A DNA stretch of 64,000 nucleotides from Chloroflexota bacterium (GCA_050257635.1 JBLMXG010000344.1:9190-73189); one strand, 5' to 3'. Shown: positions 18,424-28,508, counted from the stretch's first letter. Numbers and translations are program-made. Notes: generated from the sequence alone by a model not told the origin.

Positions 18424-18964
18424 GCCTGCGCCACGATTTCGGTTTCTCTTCGCTCGTCGCATTGACTTTTTTTGCGTTGCCGACGGCTACCTCGTTTGGG
18501 TAGAGCGCGCCTTCGGTAGGTCTGGGGCTTTTAGGAAGGCTGGATCAGCTGGGTCTAGAGTTTAGGCGACAACGTGCGAACCCGGTCACGTTCGTCGACT
18601 ACCCGACATACTTGCACGGCAATATGGCCCCGGAATTTCTTTTCTAACCCCTTTTTTGTTCCAGGATATCATTGAGCTGTATATGTTTCTCTATGCGGCG
18701 GCGTTGATGCTGGAATTCGCCGCGCTCGTCTGGGTGCGCATCAAGGAACCCCATCTGCCCTGCCCGCATCGCATTCCCTTCGGCCTCACCGGCGTCATCG
18801 CGATCAGCATTCCGCCCACGGCGCTCTGCCTCGTCAGCATCGCGCTTTCAAGCCGAGCCACGCGCTACGCCAGCTTCGGCGCGATCGCGATCGGACTAGC
18901 GGTTTACCGCTGGCAAGCGAAGGGAAGAGAAGCGGCCGAATTCGAAACCGCGCCGACGCTATAG
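18424..18964 (+). pseudogene. Decayed APC-family amino-acid permease (frameshift, in-frame stops, internal deletions)
   Basis: Three collinear pieces sit in different frames. (1) ..FGFSSLVALTFFA.., N-terminal helix-1-like. (2) DGYLVWVERAFG at 18482-18517, followed in the next frame by WGF-TAG-EGWISWV (TAG at 18532-18534). (3) An intact C-terminal 102 codons at 18656-18964 (..FLYAAALMLEFAALVWVRIKEPHLPCPHRIPFG..). Most of a normal ~440-aa permease is missing. Confidence 0.65.
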
Positions 18965-19045
18965 CAAAGATTGATTCGAAATCACGGCGCGAGGTTCCTC
19001 ACCATGATACGCGATCGCCATGCGCAATGTTCATTGACGAGCGAA

Positions 19046-19438
19046 TCAAGCGAGCTCAGTCGCCTTGCCGCAATTCGGACAGACACGCCATTCGGCGTTG
19101 AGCGCGAAGCCGCAGCCGGAGCAACTATGACGTGGAATAAAACGCGGCGTGGCTTCCTCCAACCGCGGACCTTCCGCCCAATAGATCCCGGTGAATAAAC
19201 TGGTTTTGCAAGTCGCGGTCTCGGGGGCGCCCGAGCGATCCGTGTAGGTGACCTGGTAGTGCCTTTCATTTTTCTCGAAAAACCAGCCGCGCGCGAAAGG
19301 TGTCCATCGGATGGATAAGACCCGGCCGCCTTTGGACTCGATCTCATTTTGAATCCGGTTCTTGTCGACGAAATGCATGACGATCCGGATTGCGAGACCG
19401 GCAATGAGGGCCCAGAGAAAAATATGCAATCGATCCAT
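19046..19438 (-). CDS. Hypothetical membrane-anchored protein with C-terminal zinc ribbon
   Basis: 130 aa. N-terminal TM (IFLWALIAGLAIRIVMHF), a small beta-rich domain, then CSGCGFALNAEWRVCPNCG. Confidence 0.55.
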   Translation of the reverse strand: MDRLHIFLWALIAGLAIRIVMHFVDKNRIQNEIESKGGRVLSIRWTPFARGWFFEKNERHYQVTYTDRSGAPETATCKTSLFTGIYWAEGPRLEEATPRFIPRHSCSGCGFALNAEWRVCPNCGKATELA

Positions 19439-19851
19439 GACGACAAACGACCAGAGTCATTTTCGCGTACTCTGGGTCACAGCGCAAATACCTTGTAGGC
19501 TCCAAGACCGACGTTTTCTGCGAATTTTTGTGCCTGCTCGATTTTCCGCTCTCCCACGATGGCTTTGTGAGATGTCACTCTCGCCGCTTTATGACGCGTT
19601 TCACCGTTCCTGGCCCCTCCTCATGTCCCCGATCCAATCGCAATGTTCGTCGTTGGGATTAATTCACCCACAGATTTTTGGGTGCCAACAGCTTCTCGAC
19701 AGACAGGAAGCGGATGTTGATTAACGAATCAGCGCCGCGCTCACCATAAGCGAGGTCGATCCATAGGGAGATCGGCAGCTTGCTCGTTAAAGCGGATTTC
19801 TATTCCGTGTTGGGCCATGCATAGAAATTTTCGTTTAGCTTGAACTAGTCT

Positions 19852-20493
19852 TCAGCGGCGGATGCTGAGCGCCGTGCCGTCGGCGAGATAGGCGGTAAAC
19901 CACTGCCCGGCGTCGAGAATCCGCATTCGATACGCCGCGGTCTTTTCGAGCCCCGGCAAATCCGGGGCGTATTGGCCGAGAAAGAGATTTGTGGAGATCA
20001 ATAACCCGCCGGGCTTCAACAACCGTGTGAAGTGATCGAGACTGGGCAAGGACTCGGCGGGATCGGTGTCGAAGTAGATGATGTCATAGGAAGGATTCAG
20101 ACCGGGTAAAACTATCGAAGCTCGTCCGGCTAAAATAATTATACGATCGCCAAAGCCTTCGCAGCGAAAATGCTCCCCAGCGATCCGCGCGTGGTCGTCA
20201 TTAACCTCGATCGTGTCGAGCGTAGCACCCGCACCAGCGCCGTGCAGGAGCCAGCATCCGCTGTAACCCAAGCCGCAGCCGACTTCGAGCAACCGCCGCG
20301 CCCGATGGCTCGCCGCCAGCGCGCCGAGCAGCTGGCCGTTCGGGTAAGGATAGACATCGTAGCAGCCATGCTCTTTGCGGTGGGACTCGTACTGCTCGGC
20401 AATCGCGCGGAAGCGGTCCGTGGCGTGATTGTTTCGCTCCACCCACTGACGCACAGCTTTAGCCGTGGTGGGTTCACCTAGAGATATAGCCAT
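19852..20493 (-). CDS. Class I SAM-dependent (O-)methyltransferase
   Basis: 213 aa. SAM-binding motif I LLEVGCGLGYSG; acidic loop and YDIIYFD motif typical of the O-methyltransferase family 3 fold. Confidence 0.7.
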   Translation of the reverse strand: MAISLGEPTTAKAVRQWVERNNHATDRFRAIAEQYESHRKEHGCYDVYPYPNGQLLGALAASHRARRLLEVGCGLGYSGCWLLHGAGAGATLDTIEVNDDHARIAGEHFRCEGFGDRIIILAGRASIVLPGLNPSYDIIYFDTDPAESLPSLDHFTRLLKPGGLLISTNLFLGQYAPDLPGLEKTAAYRMRILDAGQWFTAYLADGTALSIRR

Positions 20494-20647
20494 ATATACG
20501 AGTCTAATTACGCCCTTGCAGTAACGCGAGTCAATTTGACGCGAAGCTCGATGGCTGAGCTACATTCCTATTTGCCGTATTCCAGTTGACGACCCAAGAC
20601 ACGGCCGCTACGGAACAGGCCGGCAGGTGAAATCATCAACGGTCGAA

Positions 20648-22429
20648 TCAATTTTGCTGCACGCCGTAGCGGCGCGCGAAAAGATAGTAAATCACCGCGA
20701 TGGATACCAAGATTGCCGTCCAGATCACACCGAAAGCGGCAAGCTCGCCGATTTGCGCGTTCTCCCAAAGGTCAAAAATGGCAACTGAGACCACTGGGGT
20801 TTGCGGGCTAACGAGCAAAACCGACATCGACAGCTCTTTGGCGGACAATAGAAAGATAAAAACCCAGCCGCCGATAAACGACGGCGTGATCAGCGGCATG
20901 ATGATTCGGCGCATGCAGTTCGACCACGACGCCCCCGAGGTATAGGCCGCTTCCTCCAGCTCTCTGTGCAATTGCAGCAAGCCCGAATGCGTGTAGCGAA
21001 TGCCGTAAGGGACGTAGCGGGTGACAAAGGCGATGAGCAGAATCCACAACGTGCCGTAAACTGGAATCGGCACGAACAGATAGAAGCGCAGGATCGCGAG
21101 CCCCATGACAATGCCGGGAAACAACAGCGGCAGTGTCGTCAGCAGGTCGAGCAGCCACCGGCCGCGCAGTTTCGTCCGCACCAGCAGCCAGGAGGCAAAC
21201 AGGGTCAGCAGCATCACCACACTGGCGCTACCGACACCGAGCAAAAGGCTGTTTTTGATCGACTCGGTGATCTTCGGAAAATGCAGCGCGGTGACGTAGT
21301 TCTTTAAAGTGAAACGGGAAATCGCCTCTAGGGATGGCTGGCTGTAAAACGGCAGGAGCGATGCCCACAGAATGATGAGAAATGGCAGCACCAGCAGCAC
21401 CGTGAAATACACGAGCAGCACGGCCGTCGCGGCATAGCGCCAGCGCCCGAGATGAATCACGGTTGGGCGATAACCCTTTCCTGTGACCGTCTGAAACCGC
21501 TCTCCTTCGCGCGTCATGCGAAAATAGTAATAGAGCGCACAGGCTACCACGATCATAAGCAGCACGGAAAACGCTCCGGCGCTGCCGTATTGCGCCGGCA
21601 TTTTTTGCGCGTCGATATAAATCGACGTCGTCATTACGCGCACGTCGCCAGGAAGTCCCACTAGGGCGGGGATCTCGAAAGACTCGAAAGAACGGATAAA
21701 AATCAACAGAAGCACCGAGAAAAATGCCGGCAGTAGCAATCGGAGCGATACCCGGCGCAGGGTCTGCGAGAGCCGCGCGCCGCACACCGACGAGGCCTCT
21801 TCGAGCGACGGATCCATCGAGCGAAATGCCGCTGCCAACATCAGAAACACGAATGGCGACCAGAGCAGCGACTCGACGAAGATCATGCCGAACAGCGAAT
21901 AAACGTTGACCACCGGTGTGGTTTGCTCGAGCCAGATCTTCAACCAGTAATTCACCGGCCCGGCCCGGCCGAGGAGCAGCAGCCAGCCGATGGTATAGAG
22001 GATGAATGGCGTGCCGAACGAAGCAAATGCCGTAAAGTAGCCCAAAGTGCGCACCGGCGCGTCCGTTCGCGTCACGATCCAGGCTATGGTCCCGCCGAGC
22101 GCGGTTGCCAGCACGGCGCTGCCGACGGAGAAATAGACTGTGTTGAGAAAGGGGCCGAGAACCTGGAGCTCGGCGAAGAGATCCCGATAGTAGCGAAAAG
22201 TGAACTGATCGATCTCGCCGGTGAGTTTGGTCGTGAACAAGCTGGTTTGAATGACCGAATAAAGCGGTGGGAGCACCAGGTACGCGATAACCAACGAGAC
22301 TACGACCATGACAGCCGTCGCGCTGTCGAATCGGCGCGACCAGGCGAATCCGAACAGCCCCCGCGCTATGCTTACGGCGCCCGACTTCGGTGAGAAGCCG
22401 TAGGTTTCTGATGGCGTTTGTTTGGACAC
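20648..22429 (-). CDS. ABC transporter permease, fused two-domain (FbpB/iron(III)-type)
   Basis: 593 aa, about 12 TM helices, two BPD-transporter-like halves each with an EAA-type loop (SLEEASSVCGA.. and ELEEAAYTSGAS..). GTG start 15 nt after the upstream SBP stop. Confidence 0.8.
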   Translation of the reverse strand: MSKQTPSETYGFSPKSGAVSIARGLFGFAWSRRFDSATAVMVVVSLVIAYLVLPPLYSVIQTSLFTTKLTGEIDQFTFRYYRDLFAELQVLGPFLNTVYFSVGSAVLATALGGTIAWIVTRTDAPVRTLGYFTAFASFGTPFILYTIGWLLLLGRAGPVNYWLKIWLEQTTPVVNVYSLFGMIFVESLLWSPFVFLMLAAAFRSMDPSLEEASSVCGARLSQTLRRVSLRLLLPAFFSVLLLIFIRSFESFEIPALVGLPGDVRVMTTSIYIDAQKMPAQYGSAGAFSVLLMIVVACALYYYFRMTREGERFQTVTGKGYRPTVIHLGRWRYAATAVLLVYFTVLLVLPFLIILWASLLPFYSQPSLEAISRFTLKNYVTALHFPKITESIKNSLLLGVGSASVVMLLTLFASWLLVRTKLRGRWLLDLLTTLPLLFPGIVMGLAILRFYLFVPIPVYGTLWILLIAFVTRYVPYGIRYTHSGLLQLHRELEEAAYTSGASWSNCMRRIIMPLITPSFIGGWVFIFLLSAKELSMSVLLVSPQTPVVSVAIFDLWENAQIGELAAFGVIWTAILVSIAVIYYLFARRYGVQQN

Positions 22430-22444
22430 GGCGCTCGGCCGTCG

Positions 22445-23539
22445 CTATTTCACGAAAACTTTATTGAAGTAATCAACCCATTCGTTGCCTTTGTCGTACT
22501 GCACGTCGGGGTTGATATAGTAGGCCCGCTTGAAACGGCCGCCGCCGGGTTTCAGATCGGTCTGCTTGGCCGGCACTTTCGGATCTGACGGCAGATAGTT
22601 CGCTTGCTGAAACACCTTCTGCCCTTTTTCGGACAAGACGAAGTCGAGTAACAGCATCGCCGCGTGCGGATGCGGCGAGTATTTCGCCAGCGCGATAGTC
22701 TGAATCGTCGCGGTCACCGGCTCCTGCGGCTGCCAGTCTACCGGCGCCCCGGCGGATTTGCTGATATAGGCGTGGTGATTGAATATATGCAGCGCGAGCG
22801 GATACTCGCCGGCGATCGTTAAATCCAAGATCTGGCGATTACTGGCGGTGCTCTTGGCGATGTTTTGCGCCTTTAATTTTTGCAGGTAAGCCTTGCCCGC
22901 TTCTTGTCCCATCGTGCCTAGAATCGTGCCGATGAAAATCGGCGCGCCCGATCCGCGGCTGGTCGACCACATCATCTGCCCTTTCCAGCGCGGGTTAAGA
23001 AGGTCTTCGTAGGTTTTCGGCACCTCATTGGGTTTTACCATCTTGGTGTTATAACCTGTGGCGAAAAAATATAAGTTCGTCGAACCCCAGAATCCCTGCG
23101 CGTCTTTGAGCTCGGCAGGATATGCCGCCAGCATCGGCGAATAAAACCGCTGCAGGTAACCGGCGCGCCGGACCATCGTCGGCGATACGGTGCCGTCGAT
23201 GATATCGACGTCGTATCGCTTCGCCTGATACTCCGCAAGCATCTTCTGGACGACGCGCTCGGAGTTGCCGCGGAAAAATTCCACTTGAAGAAATGGATAT
23301 TCCTTCTCGAACGCTTCTTTGACCGGGCGTACCACCTGATCGACGATCAGCGTGGTATACCAGGACACTTTACCTTCTTTTTTGGCACCTTCGACGAGCA
23401 GTTTCTGACGGTCGGCGCGGTTCATGAGAGCGATCTCTTCGACGCTCGCCGCGCGGGCCAGCTGACTTGATCCGAGGGTCGCGGCCACCGCGACTAAAAC
23501 AGCGAACGATACAATCACCCGGCGATTAAACATCGACAT
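22445..23539 (-). CDS. ABC transporter substrate-binding protein (family-1 solute-binding, Fe3+/polyamine-like)
   Basis: Signal peptide MSMFNRRVIVSFAVLVAVAATLGSSQLARA. ATG at 23539 is preceded by AGGAGAG; the track ORF start at 23656 looks like an over-extension. Paralogous to 58898-59944. Confidence 0.8.
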   Translation of the reverse strand: MSMFNRRVIVSFAVLVAVAATLGSSQLARAASVEEIALMNRADRQKLLVEGAKKEGKVSWYTTLIVDQVVRPVKEAFEKEYPFLQVEFFRGNSERVVQKMLAEYQAKRYDVDIIDGTVSPTMVRRAGYLQRFYSPMLAAYPAELKDAQGFWGSTNLYFFATGYNTKMVKPNEVPKTYEDLLNPRWKGQMMWSTSRGSGAPIFIGTILGTMGQEAGKAYLQKLKAQNIAKSTASNRQILDLTIAGEYPLALHIFNHHAYISKSAGAPVDWQPQEPVTATIQTIALAKYSPHPHAAMLLLDFVLSEKGQKVFQQANYLPSDPKVPAKQTDLKPGGGRFKRAYYINPDVQYDKGNEWVDYFNKVFVK

Positions 23540-23714
23540 ATTGCCTCTCCTTGGTATCGCAGAATTTCCGCGCAGTAGTTGGAAAGCTATTCTGAGTCCC
23601 ATTCGCTTGTCAAGGTAAAACCGTCCCGTGCGTAATTCCAGCTCCGCGCGATTCATTCAATAAAAACTCTGCAGAGTGTTTCGTTCCGTGGCGTGCCGCT
23701 GGAAAGCGAATCTG

Positions 23715-24728
23715 TCAGTTTCCCTGCCAGAGCTTCTTGATAAAACCGCCCTTTTCCAGCTCATCCATGTAACTCGTATCCATGAACTCCCTGGGCCGTC
23801 GCCCCTTCGCCTTCGGGTTGCTTTCACCGACCAGTTGAAGCGCATTCTGCACCGCTTTGACGGTCAGTGTCGGCACTTTTTTGATGTACTTCGACGTGAA
23901 CAGATCGTAAGTCGCGGCGAGCAATTCCTGGTCTTGAATCCCGCCGTATTTTTTCAGCGCCTTGATGCTTATCTCCCGGTCAGTGAGCAGCCGGTGCGTG
24001 CCTTCGAGGTAAGCTTTCATGTAGCGCAGCACTATATCGCGGTGCGCGCTGGCGTAAGCGCGGCTCACTGCGATGGTCGTCGTCGGCACTTCGATGCCCG
24101 ACTCGGACAAATCATAAAGGGATTTAAGACCCAATTTCTCGGCGAAGAACGAAGTTGGGAACGACAGCATGCCCGCGGCGATACGCTTTTGCTGAATCGC
24201 CGGGACGAGATCGGAGAGCCGGCCTATCTGTACCAGGCTTACGTCTTTGTTCGGCTCCAGATTCCAGTGTTCCAGCACCGGTCGCAGCGCAAGATCGGTG
24301 AGCGAGCCGAAGCGCGTCACACCGATCGATTTACCCTTGAGATCCGCCGGCCCAGCGATGCTCGGATGGGCGATGATTTTCATCAAATGGCTATCGATGG
24401 AGTTGGCGAGCAGGATCAGATCCGAACCGTTCACGGAGGATTGCAGCGTAACGATTCCCGACGTGCTGGTAAAATCCAACTGCCCCGCGGTATGGACCTG
24501 CACCATCTGCACGCCTTGAACGTAGATGAGCTCGGCATCGAGGCCGTACTTTTCGAATAGCCCCGCTTCTTTGGTCACGAAAAGCGGATACATGCTCGCG
24601 CTCGGCGACGGATAACCGACGCGAATTTTGGTCAAAGCCGGGGACGCGGCACGCACTGCCGGCCGGCTGAAGACTCCCAAGCTCAGGAGCAATGCCAACA
24701 GGGAAAATTTTACTCGCCGCTTTGACAT
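23715..24728 (-). CDS. ABC transporter substrate-binding protein, NMT1/SsuA-TauA-like
   Basis: 337 aa. Signal peptide MSKRRVKFSLLALLLSLGVFSRPAVRA. NMT1-like body. C-terminus ..ELEKGGFIKKLW is shared with the two paralogues at 27507 and 28548. Confidence 0.8.
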   Translation of the reverse strand: MSKRRVKFSLLALLLSLGVFSRPAVRAASPALTKIRVGYPSPSASMYPLFVTKEAGLFEKYGLDAELIYVQGVQMVQVHTAGQLDFTSTSGIVTLQSSVNGSDLILLANSIDSHLMKIIAHPSIAGPADLKGKSIGVTRFGSLTDLALRPVLEHWNLEPNKDVSLVQIGRLSDLVPAIQQKRIAAGMLSFPTSFFAEKLGLKSLYDLSESGIEVPTTTIAVSRAYASAHRDIVLRYMKAYLEGTHRLLTDREISIKALKKYGGIQDQELLAATYDLFTSKYIKKVPTLTVKAVQNALQLVGESNPKAKGRRPREFMDTSYMDELEKGGFIKKLWQGN

Positions 24729-24787
24729 AGTGCGGGCCTCCTTAACAATCGATCCTTCGTTACGAGATAAGATTATAACCCAAACCG

Positions 24788-25150
24788 TTACTGCAAAACC
24801 CTCTCGGCAAACTTCCCGGCAGGCACTCTCACCTTGGTGAATTTATCTTCGAGGCGGTTGCGCACCCGGTGGTACTCCTGCACGCTCAGCGCATCCTTGG
24901 CCGCGTCGACACCTAGGGCCTTCAACCATTGGGTATCGACATCGAGCCGGCGCGTGCCGTTTTGCATCACCCGGCCATACCAATCCTGGCCTTCCTGGCT
25001 CAAAAACCAGTTGATGACTACCTTGGTCGCGTTGATATGCTGCGGGTCTTTCACGATACCGACGACACCAAAACTATTGCTCGCGGGCAAGCCCTCCATT
25101 GGCGCCGGCGCCGGCTTGAGCGGCAGTCCCGCCTTGACGAAGGGTTTGGT
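24788..25150 (-). pseudogene. C-terminal fragment of a family-1 solute-binding protein
   Basis: Only the last ~120 codons of track ORF 24788-25498 look protein-like (..GVVGIVKDPQHINATKVVINWFLSQEGQDWYGRVMQNGTRRLDV..), resembling the C-termini of the SBPs at 22445 and 58898. The upstream part is low-complexity, has no signal peptide, and overlaps the start of the divergent gene at 25379. Confidence 0.55.
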
Positions 25151-25378
25151 TTGGCTTCGGCGCTGAAAAGTGGATGGCTCGGTAGTAGTAGAAGAACCAT
25201 CGCGATTATAAACGACCCGACACCTTTGAACATCAACAGATCCCTTGCAATGATTTACCGGTGCCTGCTCTCTTAACAACTTACCGAAGTTGACGCAAAC
25301 AACAAAAACAACCGCCGGTGCCGATCGGCTTGACAGACTTTGCCGCCGCGGATAGAGCATCAGTTGAGCAATTGACCG

Positions 25379-27382
25379 ATGATCACCCGCATTGTCGTCC
25401 AACGCCGAGAACCTTTCGCCGCCGGTCATGCATTTCCCATCACCGGCCCTTACGAGAAACTCGTCGGCAAAATACATGGCGAAGTCGATCCGAAACACCG
25501 GCTAAATAAAATCATCGTCAATCTGAACAAAGCGCCGCGCAATCGCCGCCGCAAAGTCGAATATCAGAGTGATTTTTGTATTTTGAAGCCGCTGGACATG
25601 GCGCGCGGGAACGGCAAGATTTTCTTCGACGCACCCAACCGCGGCAGCAAACGAATTCTCGGCTTCCTCAACGATGCACCGGCAGCCAACGATCCGACCA
25701 CGCTCGCCGACGCCGGCAACGGCTTTCTCATGCGCCAGGGTTACACGGTTGTATGGTGCGGCTGGCAAGGCGACTTGATGCCGCTTAAAAATTGGCTGGT
25801 GCTCAACATACCAGCGGCGACGAACAACGGCGAGGAAATCGTCGCAAAGGTCCGCACCGAGATCGTCGTCGATCGAAAAGGCGTCAAATCCCAACCGCTC
25901 AGCGCCGACGAGCGCGTGAAAAGTTATGAGGCCGCGGCGCGCGACAAGTCGTGGGCCACTTTGACAATGCGGGAGAAGTCTTACGGCGAAAGAGCTCCCG
26001 TGCCGCCGACACAATGGGAGTTCGCCGCCTGCGCGAAAGATCCGCGCACTGGTAAGGAGACCGTTAGGCCGAGTCCTCGGGATCTTTATGTCCACGGCGG
26101 TTTCAAGCCCGGCTATATTTATGAATTTATCTACCCCGCGAAAAATCCCCTCGTCCTCGGTTTGGGCTTCGCGGTCGTACGCGATTTCGTGTCATTCCTG
26201 CGCTTTGAGCGCGCGGACGCCGCCGGCAAACCCAACCCCCTTGTGGATGGCAAGAAAGCGACAGGCATCCGTTACGCTTACGCTTGGGGGCGCTCGCAGA
26301 GCGGGCGTTTTTTGCGCGATTTCATCTACCACGGCTTCAACGAGGATGAAGCGCGCCGCCAAGTCTTCGACGCGGTGGCGCCACACGTTGCCGGCGGAGG
26401 CCGGTTGTATTTGAATTACGAGTTTGCCCGACCAGTCACATCATCGCAGCAGCACACCAACCAGCTCGACCCCGAACTCTTTCCACATGCCTACAACATG
26501 ATCCGCGATCCGCAGACCGGACGGCGCGACGGCATTCTGAAACGGCCAAAGAGCGATCCCTTGATTTTCCATACCCAGACCTCGACCGAATATTGGCAAA
26601 AGCGCGGCTGTTTGGCGCATACAGATGGCAAGGGACGCGACATCGCGCTGCCGGAAACCGTCCGGCTTTACGTTATCGCTAGCGCCCAGCACAACAGCCC
26701 CTTTGGTTCAGAGGCGGTGAAAGACGACAGTCAATTCCCGGTCAACCCGCTCCCTGCCGGCGATATCCTGCGGGCGCTGATGGCCGCCATGGATCTCTGG
26801 GTGACAAAAGGAGTTGTGCCGCCGCCGAGTCAGTATCCAAGAGTTCGAGATGGAACCTTGGTGCGGCCCGATGGCAACGGCACGCGCTTTCCAAAAATTC
26901 CCGGCGTGCGCTTCAACGGTCTGCACAACCGCCAACTCTTTCTCGACTATGGCCCGGCCATCCGACACGGAAAAATATCCGTGCATCCCCCGCAACCGCT
27001 CCGCCAAGGCGCGTACGCGATCCTCGTTCCCAAAGTCGACAGGGACGGCAACGACCTCGCGGGGATCCGTCTTCCCGCCGTGCAAGTGCCGATCGGCACT
27101 TATACCGGCTGGAACTTGCGTCCGCGGGGACTGGCCGAAAATGAATTATCAGGCTTGCTCGGCACCTTCATTCCGTTCGCCAAAACGAAGAGAGAGCGTC
27201 GAAGGACCGGCGACCCGCGCCTATCGATCGAAGAAAGATATAAAGACCGAAATGATTTTATGCGGCAGTTTGGACGCGCGGCGAGAATACTCGTCGAGCA
27301 ACGTTATCTACTCCCGGAAGACGCCGAGCGGATCATCGCCGAGGCCGGAAAGAACACACGCTTGCTGACGAAAAAACCGTGA
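25379..27382 (+). CDS. Conserved hypothetical protein, possibly alpha/beta-hydrolase-fold
   Basis: 667-aa ORF with good coding character and no signal peptide. I recall similar sequences annotated as an alpha/beta hydrolase domain, but could not identify a catalytic triad by eye. Confidence 0.5.
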   Translation: MITRIVVQRREPFAAGHAFPITGPYEKLVGKIHGEVDPKHRLNKIIVNLNKAPRNRRRKVEYQSDFCILKPLDMARGNGKIFFDAPNRGSKRILGFLNDAPAANDPTTLADAGNGFLMRQGYTVVWCGWQGDLMPLKNWLVLNIPAATNNGEEIVAKVRTEIVVDRKGVKSQPLSADERVKSYEAAARDKSWATLTMREKSYGERAPVPPTQWEFAACAKDPRTGKETVRPSPRDLYVHGGFKPGYIYEFIYPAKNPLVLGLGFAVVRDFVSFLRFERADAAGKPNPLVDGKKATGIRYAYAWGRSQSGRFLRDFIYHGFNEDEARRQVFDAVAPHVAGGGRLYLNYEFARPVTSSQQHTNQLDPELFPHAYNMIRDPQTGRRDGILKRPKSDPLIFHTQTSTEYWQKRGCLAHTDGKGRDIALPETVRLYVIASAQHNSPFGSEAVKDDSQFPVNPLPAGDILRALMAAMDLWVTKGVVPPPSQYPRVRDGTLVRPDGNGTRFPKIPGVRFNGLHNRQLFLDYGPAIRHGKISVHPPQPLRQGAYAILVPKVDRDGNDLAGIRLPAVQVPIGTYTGWNLRPRGLAENELSGLLGTFIPFAKTKRERRRTGDPRLSIEERYKDRNDFMRQFGRAARILVEQRYLLPEDAERIIAEAGKNTRLLTKKP

Positions 27383-27506
27383 GGCGACGCATCAGCAATA
27401 AAGCTGTCGCGGGGTCAAACAAGCTACCTCCTCAGGAGTCGATCCCAAATGGGTGCGCCGGCAGCGAGGAAAAAGAGGAAAAGTCGCGCTCGCCTCAACC
27501 CCGCGC

Positions 27507-28508
27507 TTATTTTTGTTCGTAGAGCTTCTTGATAAAACCGCTCTTATCCAACTCGGCAATGAAGCTCGGGTCGACGAACTCATCGGGCTTGTGATTGCGA
27601 ATTTCCGGTCGAGTCTGCGCTACGTAGTCGTAGGTAGCTTCCAGTCCCTTAGTGATCGGATACGGCACAGCGATAAAATCCTGTTTGAAGATCTCGTAAG
27701 AGCCTTCCAGAAGATCCCGGTCGTTTATCCGGAGATACTTGCTCAGCACTTTCATGGCGAAGTCTTTGTGCGATTTAAAATAGGCAATGCCCTCGACATG
27801 GGAACGGATCAGTCGATTCACCGTGTCGCGGTCCTCGACAATATTTCTTCGCCGCGTAACCACGGACATCGACGGATAGGCCACCTCTTTCCGCGCATCG
27901 AACAGGATTCGAAAGCCCATGCGCTCTCCTTGTGCATCCGCCGGATAGGAGAGGTCTGCCGCATCCACCACTCCCGAAGCGAGCGCCTGGAGACGTTCCG
28001 GCGGCGTGCCGATCGAGATCCAGATCACGTCGCGATTGGGATCCATGCCGTGCTTGCGCAAGATATATTTAAAGAGAAAATCGCCGAGCGACCCCAGACT
28101 CGAGGTGGCGATTTTTTTTCCTTTGAGGTCTTCCGCCTTGCGAATTCCCGGCTTCACCAGCAATTTGCTCTGCACCCCGGGCACCGTATGGGCGATATTG
28201 ATGAGATCGGCGCCGCCGAGGTCCGCGAGCATAACCGTCGGCAGGGCCACCGGCGCGGCGAACAGGCTTCCGCCGAGAATCGCCGTCGAGGTTTGCCCGG
28301 AACCTTTGACCAGGATCAACTCGACATCGAGGCCGTTCTTCTCGTAAATCTTGGCGTCCTTTGCTATCCAGGGAATCCAATTGGACGCCGACAAGGAAGT
28401 CACGCCCCAATTGATTTTCTTTAGCGCCTTGTTCTGAGCCAAGGCGGGAGAAAACCCGAAAATGCCTATCGAAAAAATAACAAGAAAAATTTTTTGTGAC
28501 CAGTTCAT
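27507..28508 (-). CDS. ABC transporter substrate-binding protein, NMT1/SsuA-like (paralogue 2)
   Basis: 333 aa. Signal peptide MNWSQKIFLVIFSIGIFGFSPALA. C-terminus ..ELDKSGFIKKLY. Confidence 0.8.
   Translation of the reverse strand: MNWSQKIFLVIFSIGIFGFSPALAQNKALKKINWGVTSLSASNWIPWIAKDAKIYEKNGLDVELILVKGSGQTSTAILGGSLFAAPVALPTVMLADLGGADLINIAHTVPGVQSKLLVKPGIRKAEDLKGKKIATSSLGSLGDFLFKYILRKHGMDPNRDVIWISIGTPPERLQALASGVVDAADLSYPADAQGERMGFRILFDARKEVAYPSMSVVTRRRNIVEDRDTVNRLIRSHVEGIAYFKSHKDFAMKVLSKYLRINDRDLLEGSYEIFKQDFIAVPYPITKGLEATYDYVAQTRPEIRNHKPDEFVDPSFIAELDKSGFIKKLYEQK

Noticed and set aside
19476-19620. Minus-strand peptide ..VTSHKAIVGERKIEQAQKFAENVGLGAYKVFAL* that looks like a genuine protein C-terminus.
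   Set aside because: An in-frame TGA lies about 48 codons upstream of the stop. There is no good start or RBS and no recognisable family. Probably another gene remnant within the decayed region, and too weak to call.
24788-25498. 236-aa ORF as an intact gene.
   Set aside because: Only the C-terminal half is protein-like (an SBP C-terminus). The N-terminal half is low-complexity, lacks a signal peptide and overlaps the divergent gene at 25379. Called as a fragment instead.
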